Shown piece by piece: positions 1 to 10,179 of a DNA stretch of 64,000 bases; the stretch's first letter is position 1, and every line of letters starts with the position of its first letter. The stretch is taken from assembly GCA_023417815.1 (NCBI GenBank), contig JAEZEI010000006.1:7352-71351 (forward strand). Direction: 5' to 3'. Position numbers and translations under genes: made by a program. The DNA comes from Bacteroidota bacterium (GTDB lineage: Bacteria > Bacteroidota > Bacteroidia > Chitinophagales > Chitinophagaceae). The notes below the pieces were generated by a model. It was not told where the DNA came from. It was given only the letters and a program-made list of their open reading frames with translations, and made no database searches.

Positions 1-215
1 CAGGCAACAACTCCCGGTCGGAAAACCAGGGATTTAAGGGTGTGAAAGAATTTTCCGTCAAAATGTACAAGATCGTAAAAGAAATGCTTAACAAGGTGCC
101 ATGTACTGTCGACCGGCTCCCTGTTTTCCTGCCCGCAGAAATGGCAATATTTCCCAACTAATTCAGCGTTGCAGTTAAGGCAGTTTTTCTCTTTCCGTTC
201 CGGCAAATGACTCAA
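1..215 (-). CDS. DUF3667-type membrane protein, N-terminal part (runs off the window's left edge)
   Basis: Not in ORF track. Manual translation from TTG at 215: MSHLPERKEKNCLNCNAELVGKYCHFCGQEN...HFDGKFFHTLKSLVFRPG. The CxxC...CxxCGQ zinc ribbon and LxxRPG motif are typical of DUF3667. Confidence 0.75.
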   Translation of the reverse strand, partial: MSHLPERKEKNCLNCNAELVGKYCHFCGQENREPVDSTWHLVKHFFYDLVHFDGKFFHTLKSLVFRPGVVA

Positions 216-320
216 GGCAGTTAATTTTGATAAAAATAACAAGATTATCCTCTTCAAAGAGCAGGCTAAACAAGCCCTTATGCTAACTTTGGAAAGTATC
301 AAGGTAAATATCAGATATCC

Positions 321-1154
321 ATGACAAGATCAATCCTGGCGCTTCTCTTTCTTTCTTTTTCTGCTACCGCAAGCGCCCAGTTTTTTTACAAAGACATCAT
401 CACGATTAAGCAGGCTGCCGATGAATTGAATCGTATCAAGGCAAATAAGGTAAAGACCATTCGCCTGAAAAGTTTTGAGGACGATGGTTCGGCAAGCGAT
501 GGCTTTTTCGCTGAAAAGAAATTCAGCAGGGATTATCGCAAAGCGGAATTATTTACAAGGACCAACTATTCCGGTGCTTCCCTGCTTACCACTTTTTATA
601 ATGAAGACGGAACCATAAGCAGAACCGTTGACAGCTCAGAGATCGCCACTACGCATATTCAATACAAATATGATGAAGACAAAAGACTTCTTTCAACTCT
701 TTCAGTTATAAGAAGTGCTGATGATGATTTTGTTAATGAGATCGTGGAAGAACATCTTTACGTGTACACAAATGAGTTCTATCCAGATAAAATGTTTAGG
801 GTGAAGAACAGGAAAGATACAACGGAGATCCTGTTCATGCTGGATGAAAACAAGAATCTTTCAATAGAAAAGGATTCAAGATCCGGAAGTAAATATTATT
901 ACTATTATGATGCGAAGAGCCGGCTTACAGACGTAGCACACATAAATGATTTTCGTCAAAAATTACTTCCCGACTACATGTTCGAATACAATTCTGCCGG
1001 TCTTATTACCCAGATGATCACTACGCAGGAAGGTGGCGGCGGAAACGATTACCTTCTTTGGAAATACACTTATTCTGATGGATTGAGAATGACCGAGGCA
1101 TGTTATTCAAAAGAAAGAAAACTATTAGGAAGGATAGAATATGAATACAAGTAA
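321..1154 (+). CDS. Secreted hypothetical protein, Tyr-rich beta-repeat-like
   Basis: Signal peptide ending ASA-Q; repeated YxY/YD-like segments; TAACTTTG promoter element at 284-291. Confidence 0.7.
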   Translation: MTRSILALLFLSFSATASAQFFYKDIITIKQAADELNRIKANKVKTIRLKSFEDDGSASDGFFAEKKFSRDYRKAELFTRTNYSGASLLTTFYNEDGTISRTVDSSEIATTHIQYKYDEDKRLLSTLSVIRSADDDFVNEIVEEHLYVYTNEFYPDKMFRVKNRKDTTEILFMLDENKNLSIEKDSRSGSKYYYYYDAKSRLTDVAHINDFRQKLLPDYMFEYNSAGLITQMITTQEGGGGNDYLLWKYTYSDGLRMTEACYSKERKLLGRIEYEYK

Positions 1155-1179
1155 TAAAGGATAAATAACTTCAGAAAAT

Positions 1180-1210
1180 AAGAAAGGCTGCATAAACTGC
1201 AGCCTTTCTT
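1180..1210. terminator. Bidirectional intrinsic terminator
   Basis: AAGAAAGGCTGCA-TAAAC-TGCAGCCTTTCTT inverted repeat between convergent genes. Confidence 0.8.
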
Positions 1211-1229
1211 AGTATGATACTCCAGGTTA

Positions 1230-2555
1230 TCAATAATTCCTGGCTGTCATTTCAGTGCGGCGGTTTTTAGCCCTACCTGCAGCTGTCTTATTATCGGCAA
1301 CCGGTTTGGTCTCACCATATCCTTGAGAATTCAAACGGTCTTCTGCAATTCCCTGTTTGATCAGGTATTGTTTAACTGCATTAGCCCTGTTCTCTGACAA
1401 TACCTGGTTGCTTTCTTCAGAACCCACATCATCAGTATGTCCTGCAATATCAAGAATTAATGAAGGATCATCCTTCATCAGTCTTGCCACTTCATTTAAG
1501 GAGGCATTTGATTTCGCAAGCAACGTGTATTTACCTGTTGCAAAAAATACATTCTTAGCTGCAATATTGATCTTTTCAACAACTTCCTTCGAAATCTCCG
1601 GGCATCCCTGGTTGCTTGCGGGACCAGGTCTTGTTGGGCATTTATCTTCTTCATCATTCACCCCGTCTCCATCAGTATCCGGAACCGGGCAACCCTGGTA
1701 ACGGGCTACACCTTTTTCAGTCGGACACTTATCTTCCTCATCATTTATTCCATCACCATCTGTATCCGGAATAGGACAGCCTTCATATTTAGCAAGGCCT
1801 GCCTGGTCAGGACATTTATCCTGGCCATCCGCAATTCCATCACCGTCGCGGTCTGGGCATCCCTGGAGATTTGCCAGTCCCGGAGTATCAGGACAAAGAT
1901 CATCAGCATCCAGAACCCCATCACCATCACGGTCCAGCACCACCATTGGTGTTTCAACAGCAACCGGTTCAGGAGCACGGCTTTTTAATGGTGCCACAAT
2001 TCCCAGCCCATGATATAAATGGTATCCAGGCTTATCAGTTACCGGGATCCTGTATTGCGATTGCAATTGCAGGAATACCTCCGGGCCCAGCTTTACCTGC
2101 AATCCCAGGCCCAATGGCACGAATGCGCCGAAACTGGAACGGTATTTCATTCCTCCTATACCTGCAGTGAGGTATGGATTCAGAATATACCTGTCGTTCA
2201 GCAATTTTACATTTGCCAATCCTGCAGCTTCAAGAAGAAAAGCATCTCCGCTTCCCTTTGCCTGCGCTTTGGAAGAATAGTTTACAAAACTTCCGGAAAG
2301 CTCACCAACAAAATCAATGTTATTAGTTATACCGTGATGATAGCTTATAGCAAGTCCGGGAGCCATACGCTTAACATCATCAAGCCTTCCCGCATCCAGG
2401 GTCTTGGATAATCCCATTTCCCTGATCTCGCGGGCGCCTTCAAAATCATTCAAAATAATTGATACGCCTAAAGAAGGCAGCTTTTTTCTGTCTGACTGTC
2501 CGAACACGGTTCCTCCTACAGCCAAAGCCATCAGAAAAATTGAGAATTTCTTCAT
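1230..2555 (-). CDS. OmpA family outer membrane protein with thrombospondin type-3-like Ca-binding repeats
   Basis: Likely start MKKFSIF (signal peptide); four DxDGDG..D.CP repeats; C-terminal OmpA domain GHTD..G....N..LS..RA...NRR. Confidence 0.93.
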   Translation of the reverse strand: MKKFSIFLMALAVGGTVFGQSDRKKLPSLGVSIILNDFEGAREIREMGLSKTLDAGRLDDVKRMAPGLAISYHHGITNNIDFVGELSGSFVNYSSKAQAKGSGDAFLLEAAGLANVKLLNDRYILNPYLTAGIGGMKYRSSFGAFVPLGLGLQVKLGPEVFLQLQSQYRIPVTDKPGYHLYHGLGIVAPLKSRAPEPVAVETPMVVLDRDGDGVLDADDLCPDTPGLANLQGCPDRDGDGIADGQDKCPDQAGLAKYEGCPIPDTDGDGINDEEDKCPTEKGVARYQGCPVPDTDGDGVNDEEDKCPTRPGPASNQGCPEISKEVVEKINIAAKNVFFATGKYTLLAKSNASLNEVARLMKDDPSLILDIAGHTDDVGSEESNQVLSENRANAVKQYLIKQGIAEDRLNSQGYGETKPVADNKTAAGRAKNRRTEMTARNY

Positions 2556-2633
2556 ATTCAAGGGTTTTGATGCCAACAAAATTAGCAGGTAAGTAGCATT
2601 AGTGAAAAAATTTTACGCACACAGCGTTAATAG

Positions 2634-3092
2634 CTACTTCCGGGCCATTTTGTAATTCTTCCCCAGAACTTCGATCTTTACTCTTGTGAGTCCGGCCTTA
2701 ACGAACCCCAGGCGGGTTGCAGCCGTATAGGTCAGGTCAAGGATCCTTCTTGTCTTTGGATGCAACCTGTCGTTGGTTTTTACGATGATCACCTTATTAT
2801 TCTTAAGGTTAGTTACCCGAACATACGTTCCTAATGGAAGTACATTGCAGGCTGCAGTCATCATTGAATGTCTGAAAATTTCCCCATTTGCAGTCTTACG
2901 GCCTTCAAATTTCTGGGCATAATAGCTGGCAAGTCCGTAGAGCGTCTTAGATGTATTGACAGGAGCAGGAGAAACCGCAACAGCAGGTTCGGACGGCTGT
3001 GCAGGCATGGAGGCCGGCACCAGGGTGAATAGCAAAGCAAGGAATGCAATGCCGATCAGTCTTCCTTTTTTAAATACTGGATTCAATAGCAT
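2634..3092 (-). CDS. rlpA: Septal ring lytic transglycosylase RlpA family protein
   Basis: GLASYY..KFEGRKTANGE..TAA..LPLGT.VRVTNL..NDR..LDL double-psi beta-barrel motifs. Confidence 0.9.
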   Translation of the reverse strand: MLLNPVFKKGRLIGIAFLALLFTLVPASMPAQPSEPAVAVSPAPVNTSKTLYGLASYYAQKFEGRKTANGEIFRHSMMTAACNVLPLGTYVRVTNLKNNKVIIVKTNDRLHPKTRRILDLTYTAATRLGFVKAGLTRVKIEVLGKNYKMARK

Positions 3093-3460
3093 CTATTATG
3101 TTATACGGCAGAATACCTGGCCGCATTATCATAGTTAAAAGCATTGTAAGCTGAGCAGCTTATTTCAAAAATAGCAAAATATGCTGCCTTCTCCAGAGAA
3201 AATGTGTGAAAATTAGGTGTTGAAATTAAAAATTATGTTGTTACTTAGCTACTTATAATTGATCAATATTATAAATATATATTTGGGGATTACTTTTTTC
3301 CTCTTTCCGACCCACCTTACTTCTGTGTAGTAAGTCTTTGACAAAATAATTGGGGAACCCCTGTATTGTCAAAATCATTTGGCAAATGTGAGTTAGTTCC
3401 TGGATTTTGAAAAGGATGTTCGTTCTTCAGGGAAGGCTGATGTTGGTATATTTGGACCTG

Positions 3461-4579
3461 ATGAAATACTATATCATTGCCGGTGAAGCAAGTGGCGACC
3501 TGCATGGATCGAACCTGTTAAAGGAGATCCGTAAAAAAGACCCTTCAGCCCTTGCAAGAGGTTTTGGCGGAGACCGGCTAGAAAAGGAAGGAATGACCAT
3601 TGTTAAGCATTTCCGCGACCTTGCTTTCATGGGATTCATAGAAGTTATCGCAAATCTCAGAACCATCATCCGGAATCTTGCACTTTGTAAATCAGATATC
3701 GAAAATTTCAGGCCTGATGTCCTTATCCTGGTAGATTACCCGGGATTCAATTTGAGAATTGCTGAATGGGCACATTCAAAAGGGATCAAAATAGCTTATT
3801 ATATTTCCCCTCAGGTTTGGGCATGGAAGGAAAACAGGGTTAAGCTGATCAGGAAGGTGGTCGATAAAATGATCGTTATCCTTCCTTTCGAAAATGATTT
3901 TTATAAGAAATGGAACTATAAAGTAGAATATGTAGGGCATCCACTTGTTCAGGTGGTAGATGAATTCCGGCAAAAGCACGAAAAGGATACAGCAACAGAC
4001 ATTATCGCTGTTTTACCTGGCAGCAGGCAGCAGGAAATAAAAGCAAAACTTCCCGTAATGCTTCGGCAGGCAGAAAAGTTTCCAGGATATCGATTTGTGG
4101 TTGCAATGGCGCCGGGACTTAACGATGATTTCTATGCTCCATTAATAAAAGCCTTTTCAAATGGTAATATTTCTACATCGAGAAATACTTATTCACTATT
4201 ATTGAACGCCAGGGCGGCCCTGGTTACCAGTGGCACTGCTACGCTGGAAACTGCCCTCTTCGGCGTTCCGCAGGTGATCTGTTATAAAGGAAGTAATATC
4301 TCCTACCAGATAGCAAAGAGGCTTATCAAGATCAGGTTCATCGGCCTTGTTAATCTTATCATGGATCGTGAAGTGGTGAAGGAACTGATCCAGCATGAAC
4401 TTAATGATGCAAACCTTAATAAGGAACTTGAAAAGATCCTTCATGAACCTGCAGTAATTGAGAAGATAAAGAATGATTATTCTGAACTTCATCAATTATT
4501 GTCCAGGGGAGGGAATGCTTCCGAAAAAGCCGCGAAAATTGTAGTGGACATGGCATCATCAGTGGAAGGGTTGCAGTAA
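3461..4579 (+). CDS. lpxB: Lipid-A-disaccharide synthase
   Basis: MKYYIIAGEASGDLHG, DYPGFN, SPQVWAWK, LPGSR, SGTATLE motifs; start trimmed to ATG 3461. Confidence 0.96.
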   Translation: MKYYIIAGEASGDLHGSNLLKEIRKKDPSALARGFGGDRLEKEGMTIVKHFRDLAFMGFIEVIANLRTIIRNLALCKSDIENFRPDVLILVDYPGFNLRIAEWAHSKGIKIAYYISPQVWAWKENRVKLIRKVVDKMIVILPFENDFYKKWNYKVEYVGHPLVQVVDEFRQKHEKDTATDIIAVLPGSRQQEIKAKLPVMLRQAEKFPGYRFVVAMAPGLNDDFYAPLIKAFSNGNISTSRNTYSLLLNARAALVTSGTATLETALFGVPQVICYKGSNISYQIAKRLIKIRFIGLVNLIMDREVVKELIQHELNDANLNKELEKILHEPAVIEKIKNDYSELHQLLSRGGNASEKAAKIVVDMASSVEGLQ

Positions 4580-4595
4580 TGAACTAAATTTGGCT

Positions 4596-4757
4596 ATGGG
4601 AATTTTAAGGCAGTTTGCAGAATATTTATACCTGAAGAAGAGATCCACTGGTAAGCCTTCGCAATGGACCAGGTATATGCACGGAATTAACAGGATCTCG
4701 ATCTTACTTTTCCTGTTTGCAATAATTGTAATGATCATACGCTTTATAATCCGGTAA
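4596..4757 (+). CDS. Small membrane protein (DUF6728-like), 53 aa
   Basis: Not in ORF track. MGILRQFAEYLYLKKRSTGKPSQWTRYMHGINRISILLFLFAIIVMIIRFIIR*; MHGINRIS motif plus one TM helix; stop lies 1 nt before the next ATG. Confidence 0.75.
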   Translation: MGILRQFAEYLYLKKRSTGKPSQWTRYMHGINRISILLFLFAIIVMIIRFIIR

Positions 4758-4758
4758 A

Positions 4759-5232
4759 ATGACCAGAGAAGAAAGATTCATGATAGAGGCAATAAAAATG
4801 TCTCGCGAGGGTATTGACCGTAATGAAGGTGGCCCTTTTGGATGTGTTATTGTGAAAGGAGATGAAATTGTAGGAAGGGGAAATAACCGTGTAACATCCC
4901 AAAACGACCCTACAGCCCATGCCGAGGTGGTTGCAATTCGTGAAGCGTGCAGAAATCTTGGCACCTTCCAGCTTGATGAATGTGAGATCTTCACCAGTTG
5001 CGAACCCTGCCCTATGTGTCTTGGTGCAATATACTGGGCAAGGCCAAAAGCTATTTACTATGCAAATACACGTGTGCATGCTGCGGATATTGGCTTTGAT
5101 GATTCCATGATCTATGATGAAATGAATGTGGCAATCGATAAAAGAAAGATCCCGATAATCCAGGTTCCTTTAAAAGAAGCGTTAGATGTTTTCGAGAGTT
5201 GGAAGAGTAAATCTGATAAAACAGCCTATTAA
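4759..5232 (+). CDS. Nucleoside/guanine deaminase (cytidine-deaminase fold)
   Basis: GGPFG, HAEV and PCPMC zinc motifs; C-terminal GFDD...Y as in GuaD-type enzymes. Confidence 0.9.
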   Translation: MTREERFMIEAIKMSREGIDRNEGGPFGCVIVKGDEIVGRGNNRVTSQNDPTAHAEVVAIREACRNLGTFQLDECEIFTSCEPCPMCLGAIYWARPKAIYYANTRVHAADIGFDDSMIYDEMNVAIDKRKIPIIQVPLKEALDVFESWKSKSDKTAY

Positions 5233-5257
5233 TATTGAGAAGAGCCCGGCGCCTGTA

Positions 5258-6229
5258 ATGGTTTATTACCGGCTTATCGCTCTCTGGGCTATTTGTGAAG
5301 CATTCGGTGGTGGCATCTTACATGCATTCAAAGTACCATTCACCGGCATGTTTATTAACAGCATGGCTGTGCTATGTATATCCCTTATAGGTTTTCATTA
5401 CAGGAAACCCAGGGCTATTTTCAAAGCTACCATCATAGTATGTATTTTCAAATTGATGCTGAGCCCTCACAGCCCGCCAACTGCATATATAGCCGTAATG
5501 TTCCAGGGCTTTCTCGGGCAATTGTTATTTACAGGTACCAGCCAGTTTACAATCAGGACGATCATTCTGGCAGTGCTTTCTCTTGTTGAAAGTTCAATTC
5601 AGCGTTTGCTTGTCCTGGTAATTGTTTATGGGAATTCTTTTTGGGAGGCTGTTGATACATATCTTTCCCGGTTATTCGAAAAAGAAGTAGACTATATAGA
5701 GTTACTTGCTGTTCTTTACATTTCAGTTCATGCCCTGGCGGGAATAATTGCAGGTTGGTATGCTGCGAAACTTGCAAGGATCAGGATGGATCAATCATTG
5801 CTTCTGCCACCTTACCTGGGGGGAAGTGACCATCCTGTGATGCCCCGCCGAAAGAAGAGGATCAAATTGCTGTTTTACATCATCTGGGCTTTTGTAATAT
5901 TTCTTTATATTGATTCACTTGCCAGGCCGGGCTCTTCTGCTGTAACGCTCCACCGTTCAGTAATGATCATGGTAAGGGCATGTGCCATCATCCTCAGCTG
6001 GTGGCTTTTTCTTTCCCCGTTGATAAAAAGATTACTTGAAAACATAATGGAAAATCAGCAAAGGAAGAATATACATGTAGTACAGGCGGTGAATTCACTA
6101 TTGCCAGAGGTTCTTTATATCTTTCGTGAAAGCTGGAAAAGATCATCCGGAAGGTTTCCTGCAAAAGCAGCAAACTTCTTTAAAATTGTAGTTACAAACG
6201 TCCTTTACCAAAAACATCCACGGTCATGA
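5258..6229 (+). CDS. Multi-pass membrane hypothetical protein
   Basis: Many hydrophobic segments; start uncertain (ATG 5258 avoids overlap); stop overlaps next ATG (ATGA). Confidence 0.65.
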   Translation: MVYYRLIALWAICEAFGGGILHAFKVPFTGMFINSMAVLCISLIGFHYRKPRAIFKATIIVCIFKLMLSPHSPPTAYIAVMFQGFLGQLLFTGTSQFTIRTIILAVLSLVESSIQRLLVLVIVYGNSFWEAVDTYLSRLFEKEVDYIELLAVLYISVHALAGIIAGWYAAKLARIRMDQSLLLPPYLGGSDHPVMPRRKKRIKLLFYIIWAFVIFLYIDSLARPGSSAVTLHRSVMIMVRACAIILSWWLFLSPLIKRLLENIMENQQRKNIHVVQAVNSLLPEVLYIFRESWKRSSGRFPAKAANFFKIVVTNVLYQKHPRS

Positions 6230-7197
6230 CATCATTTGGGCTGGTTTGTGCATTCCTGGGTGCTATTTGCTGGGCAGCCTGTGTATTTCCTTTTACTTCG
6301 GCCACAAGAAAGATGGGGATAAACTCCATGAATATGTTCAGGCTGCTTGCCGGAACCCTGATGGTTTTTCTTACAGCATTGATATTGGAAAGTAAAAGCG
6401 TTTTATCACTTTTTAACAGCAGTCATTATAACGCATGGCTTTGGCTTGGTCTGTCTGGTATTATTTCGCTGGCGATCGGCGATTATTTCAGTTACAGGAT
6501 GTATGCAATTCTTAACCCTCGTTTAGGAAGTGTACTGACTACGCTCTCTCCCGCTACCGCATTAATATTCGGCGCGGTTCTTCTTGATGAGAAAATGAAT
6601 ACCACCGGGGTTATTGGGATTCTCATCACAATTCTTGGGGTTATCGGTATAAGTCTCGGCAAGGCCGAGCGCGAAATTATTCCTGATCACGGGCATGGTT
6701 CAGTGATCTTCGGAATTATAATTGGCATATTCGGCGCGCTATGTCATGGTGCAGGACTTGCACTGAGTAAAAAAGGCTTTATTGACCAGGCGGCAACCGG
6801 TAATTCTATCGGGCCGGTAACCGGAAGTTTTATACGTTTTTCCACTGCAAGCCTGGTAATGGTATTAGCATTGCTTAGTGCGGGCAGATTTTTTCCAACT
6901 GCAAGATTATTGGTGCAACAACCTGCAAAACATTTAAGGATCGCTTTTTACGGTATAATGCTTGGGCCTGTCCTGGCAGTTAGTTTTGCAATGACGTCAA
7001 TTCAGCATATTGATGTTGCAATTGCGCAAACCATATTTTCCCTGGTTCCCGTGATCGCCCTGATCATATCTTATTTTCTATATAAGGAGCGCATAACCCG
7101 GACAGCATTTATTGGAGTTTTTATAGCTATTGCCGGTGTCTTTATCCTGATATGGAGAGAATACGTTCAGGAATACCTGCTACGGTTGGTAAATTAA
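6226..7197 (+). CDS. DMT/EamA family transporter
   Basis: About 10 TM helices in two repeats; LxEK and KER motifs near the end of each repeat. Confidence 0.88.
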   Translation: MTSFGLVCAFLGAICWAACVFPFTSATRKMGINSMNMFRLLAGTLMVFLTALILESKSVLSLFNSSHYNAWLWLGLSGIISLAIGDYFSYRMYAILNPRLGSVLTTLSPATALIFGAVLLDEKMNTTGVIGILITILGVIGISLGKAEREIIPDHGHGSVIFGIIIGIFGALCHGAGLALSKKGFIDQAATGNSIGPVTGSFIRFSTASLVMVLALLSAGRFFPTARLLVQQPAKHLRIAFYGIMLGPVLAVSFAMTSIQHIDVAIAQTIFSLVPVIALIISYFLYKERITRTAFIGVFIAIAGVFILIWREYVQEYLLRLVN

Positions 7198-7898
7198 AAT
7201 AGCCAGCGTCTCCGCTTTCTTTCTTCCTTCAATCCAAATTTGTTTATTGAATTCAGCTGGATATGTTCAACCGCTTCATCTACTGAGTCTGTGAAAAGAC
7301 AAAGATCAAGATCCTCGGGAGAGATTGTTCCTGAAGCTTTCATTTTTTCAATGTGGGCGATAACGTCAGAGTGGAATTCCTTATCGAACACGATGATGGG
7401 AAATTCGCTGATCTTTCCAGTCTGGATAAGCGTGAGCGCTTCAAAGTATTCATCAAGGGTTCCAAATCCCCCTGGCATAACAATAAAGGCATATGAATAT
7501 TTTATGAGCAGGTTTTTCCGCACAAAGAAATATTTCATATTGACCCACTTATCAAGGTATGGATTAATGTGCTGCTCCATGGGTAGGACAATGTTGCATC
7601 CTACACTCCTGCCTCCCACCTCTTTTGCGCCCCTGTTCGCTGCTTCCATAACTCCGGGGCCCCCACCAGTCATAATGGTAAAGCCAAGCTGTGCAACCCT
7701 TGCCGAAATTTCCCGTGTTTTCTGATAATACTTATGGTCTTCCTTAAAACGTGCGGATCCAAAGACTGTTACACAAGGACCCACGCTATGCAGCTTTCTG
7801 AAGCCTTTAATGAAATCCATTAATACAGCTACCGTGAATTTGAATTCTTTGATCTTGCTCTGAGGGCCTTCTAAAAACCGTATCTCGCCTTGAGTCAT
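7194..7898 (-). CDS. LOG family (TIGR00730-type) nucleotide phosphoribohydrolase
   Basis: VFGSAR, TGGGPGVMEAANRGA, PGGFGTLDE motifs. Confidence 0.93.
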   Translation of the reverse strand: MTQGEIRFLEGPQSKIKEFKFTVAVLMDFIKGFRKLHSVGPCVTVFGSARFKEDHKYYQKTREISARVAQLGFTIMTGGGPGVMEAANRGAKEVGGRSVGCNIVLPMEQHINPYLDKWVNMKYFFVRKNLLIKYSYAFIVMPGGFGTLDEYFEALTLIQTGKISEFPIIVFDKEFHSDVIAHIEKMKASGTISPEDLDLCLFTDSVDEAVEHIQLNSINKFGLKEERKRRRWLF

Positions 7899-7997
7899 CT
7901 GCTCTTCGTTTTGACAAAGATACGTACACCACGAGATACACTTTGCCTGGTATTAGGCACATTATATGCTGCAAATTCAGTTCAAAATCTATTTTCA

Positions 7998-8207
7998 ATG
8001 GGCATAGTTAAAGTTATTGAAGTGATCGCTTCATCTCCGGTGAGTTTTGATGAAGCGGTTAAAAATTGTATTACAGAGGTAACAAAGACTGTTCACAATG
8101 TCGATTCCGTTTATGTAAAGGATTTTAAAGTACATGTGAAAGACAACAAACCGGTTTCGTACGGCTGTATTTGCAAAGTATCGTTCCGGGTGGATAATGG
8201 TGATTGA
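7998..8207 (+). CDS. Dodecin family protein
   Basis: MGIVKVIEVIASS..SFDEAV...KVSF, 69 aa; start trimmed to ATG 7998. Confidence 0.88.
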   Translation: MGIVKVIEVIASSPVSFDEAVKNCITEVTKTVHNVDSVYVKDFKVHVKDNKPVSYGCICKVSFRVDNGD

Positions 8208-8214
8208 AGGCTGA

Positions 8215-10146
8215 TCAGTCATCCTTAAATACAAGTAACCTAAGTGCATTGAATACCACGAGCACTGTAGATCCCTCATGCCCTATAACGGCAGGCGCCA
8301 TGGAGAGATGACCGGAGATGGTAAGCGGTATCAAAACAGCAACCATTGCGAGGCTGATAAATACGTTCTGGCGAATAATGCGGTGTGCTTTCCTGCTAAG
8401 ATTGATCGCAAAAGGTAGGCGGGAGAGGTCGTCCGACATCAGGGCAATATCTGCAGTTTCGAGCGCCACATCCGAACCTGCAGCTCCCATAGCAATGCCT
8501 ACACTGCTTCGCGCCATGGCCGGCGCATCGTTTACACCGTCTCCAACCATTGCCACCTTGCCTTCCGTTTTCATTAATTTATCAATGGCTGCAACCTTAT
8601 CTTCAGGAAGGAGATTCCCCCATGCATCGGTGATGCCGATCTCTTTTGCGATGGCTTCTGCAACTTTCTGGTCATCGCCGGTTAACATGATCATCCTGGA
8701 AATACCAGATCCGGCTAAGCGTTGTAGAGCAGGCCCGGCCTCCTTTCTGGAAACATCCATCAGGGTCACAATCCCTATGAATTCTCTTTCGCGTTGAACC
8801 AGCATTGTGGTGTTTCCCCTGGCATTCTCTTCCTCAACCGAGGCTGCCAGCTCCGGAGATATATTATCATTCTTTTCAAGGAATAATTCCGGGTTACCTA
8901 TGTAATAGATATCTCCTTTGTATTCCGCCTTGATACCTCTGCCGGTAAGCGCCTGAACATCGCGCGCAGGAGGCACTTCCGTCTGTAATTCCTCATAAGC
9001 GCCTTTCACCAAAGCAGCAGCAAGGGGATGATCACTTAATTGTTCCACGGCAACAATGATCTCAAGAAGCTGGTTCCTGGGGAAATCTTTTAAAGGATAT
9101 ACACCTGTCAATTTGGGTTTACCTTCAGTAAGCGTTCCTGTTTTATCAAATGCAATTGCATTCAATCCTCCCAGTTCCTCAAGTGGCTTTCCGCCCTTGA
9201 ATAGCACTCCTCCCCGGGCTCCCCGCGATATTCCGCTGAGGACTGCACTTGGTGTGGAAATAGCCAAAGCACAGGGACTAGCACCCACAAGTACTGCCAT
9301 TGCCCTGTAAAAGCTTTGCTCAAAATTTTCATCGACAACCAAAAAAGCAAACAGGAGCAAAAGCACAAGGATCAATACTGCAGGAACATAATACTTCTGT
9401 ACCCTGTCGGTGAAGTGCTGGGTCGGAGACTTCTTTTGTTGAGCCTCCGTAACCATTTTAATAAGTTTCGCAATGGTAGAATCGGAAGCAGCTTTTAAAA
9501 CCCTGATCTCCAGTACAGCATTGCCATTAATTGACCCTGCATATACTTTATGCTTCGAATCAATCTCGGATTTTCCTTCTAAAGCCTGGTCAATTGGATA
9601 TTTATCAACAGGAATGCTTTCACCTGTTATTGAAGATTGGTTTACTGCGCTTATACCTTTAATCACTATTCCATCTGCCGCGATGAGTGAATTAGGCTTC
9701 ACTATGATTATATCGCCAGGTTGCAAAACATCTATGGACACTTCCTGTAACCCATTACTTGTTTTAACTACGGCAGTATCCGGTGTAAGGGAAGCAAGGG
9801 AACTGATCGAATGCTTTGCTCTCGCCAGGGCATAATGTTCAAGCGCATGGCCAATGCTGAAAAGAAAAAGCAATAAGGCACCTTCTGCCCACTCACCCAA
9901 TATCGCTGCACCAATAGCAGCTACGAGCATCAGGAAATCAATATCGAATTGTGCCTTCCTGATTGCATGGAATGCTTCAATGCTGGTAAAAAAGGCTCCG
10001 AAAAAATAAGAAATAATGTAGATCCCTATTATGATACCAATAGGTATATCAAAGAATGAAAGGGCAAACCCGGTAGCGAGGAAAATACCGCAAAGAATAC
10101 TGAATAGAATTTCCTTTTTTGGAACGACATGCCCGGATCCGCTCAT
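8215..10146 (-). CDS. Heavy-metal P1B-type ATPase, P1B-4 signature
   Basis: TGES, SPC, DKTGTLT, HP, TGD, GDGVNDAP and HEGST motifs; no N-terminal metal-binding domain. Confidence 0.93.
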   Translation of the reverse strand: MSGSGHVVPKKEILFSILCGIFLATGFALSFFDIPIGIIIGIYIISYFFGAFFTSIEAFHAIRKAQFDIDFLMLVAAIGAAILGEWAEGALLLFLFSIGHALEHYALARAKHSISSLASLTPDTAVVKTSNGLQEVSIDVLQPGDIIIVKPNSLIAADGIVIKGISAVNQSSITGESIPVDKYPIDQALEGKSEIDSKHKVYAGSINGNAVLEIRVLKAASDSTIAKLIKMVTEAQQKKSPTQHFTDRVQKYYVPAVLILVLLLLFAFLVVDENFEQSFYRAMAVLVGASPCALAISTPSAVLSGISRGARGGVLFKGGKPLEELGGLNAIAFDKTGTLTEGKPKLTGVYPLKDFPRNQLLEIIVAVEQLSDHPLAAALVKGAYEELQTEVPPARDVQALTGRGIKAEYKGDIYYIGNPELFLEKNDNISPELAASVEEENARGNTTMLVQREREFIGIVTLMDVSRKEAGPALQRLAGSGISRMIMLTGDDQKVAEAIAKEIGITDAWGNLLPEDKVAAIDKLMKTEGKVAMVGDGVNDAPAMARSSVGIAMGAAGSDVALETADIALMSDDLSRLPFAINLSRKAHRIIRQNVFISLAMVAVLIPLTISGHLSMAPAVIGHEGSTVLVVFNALRLLVFKDD

Positions 10147-10179
10147 TCACAAATTTTCACTCAAATTACTGAAAGCCGG

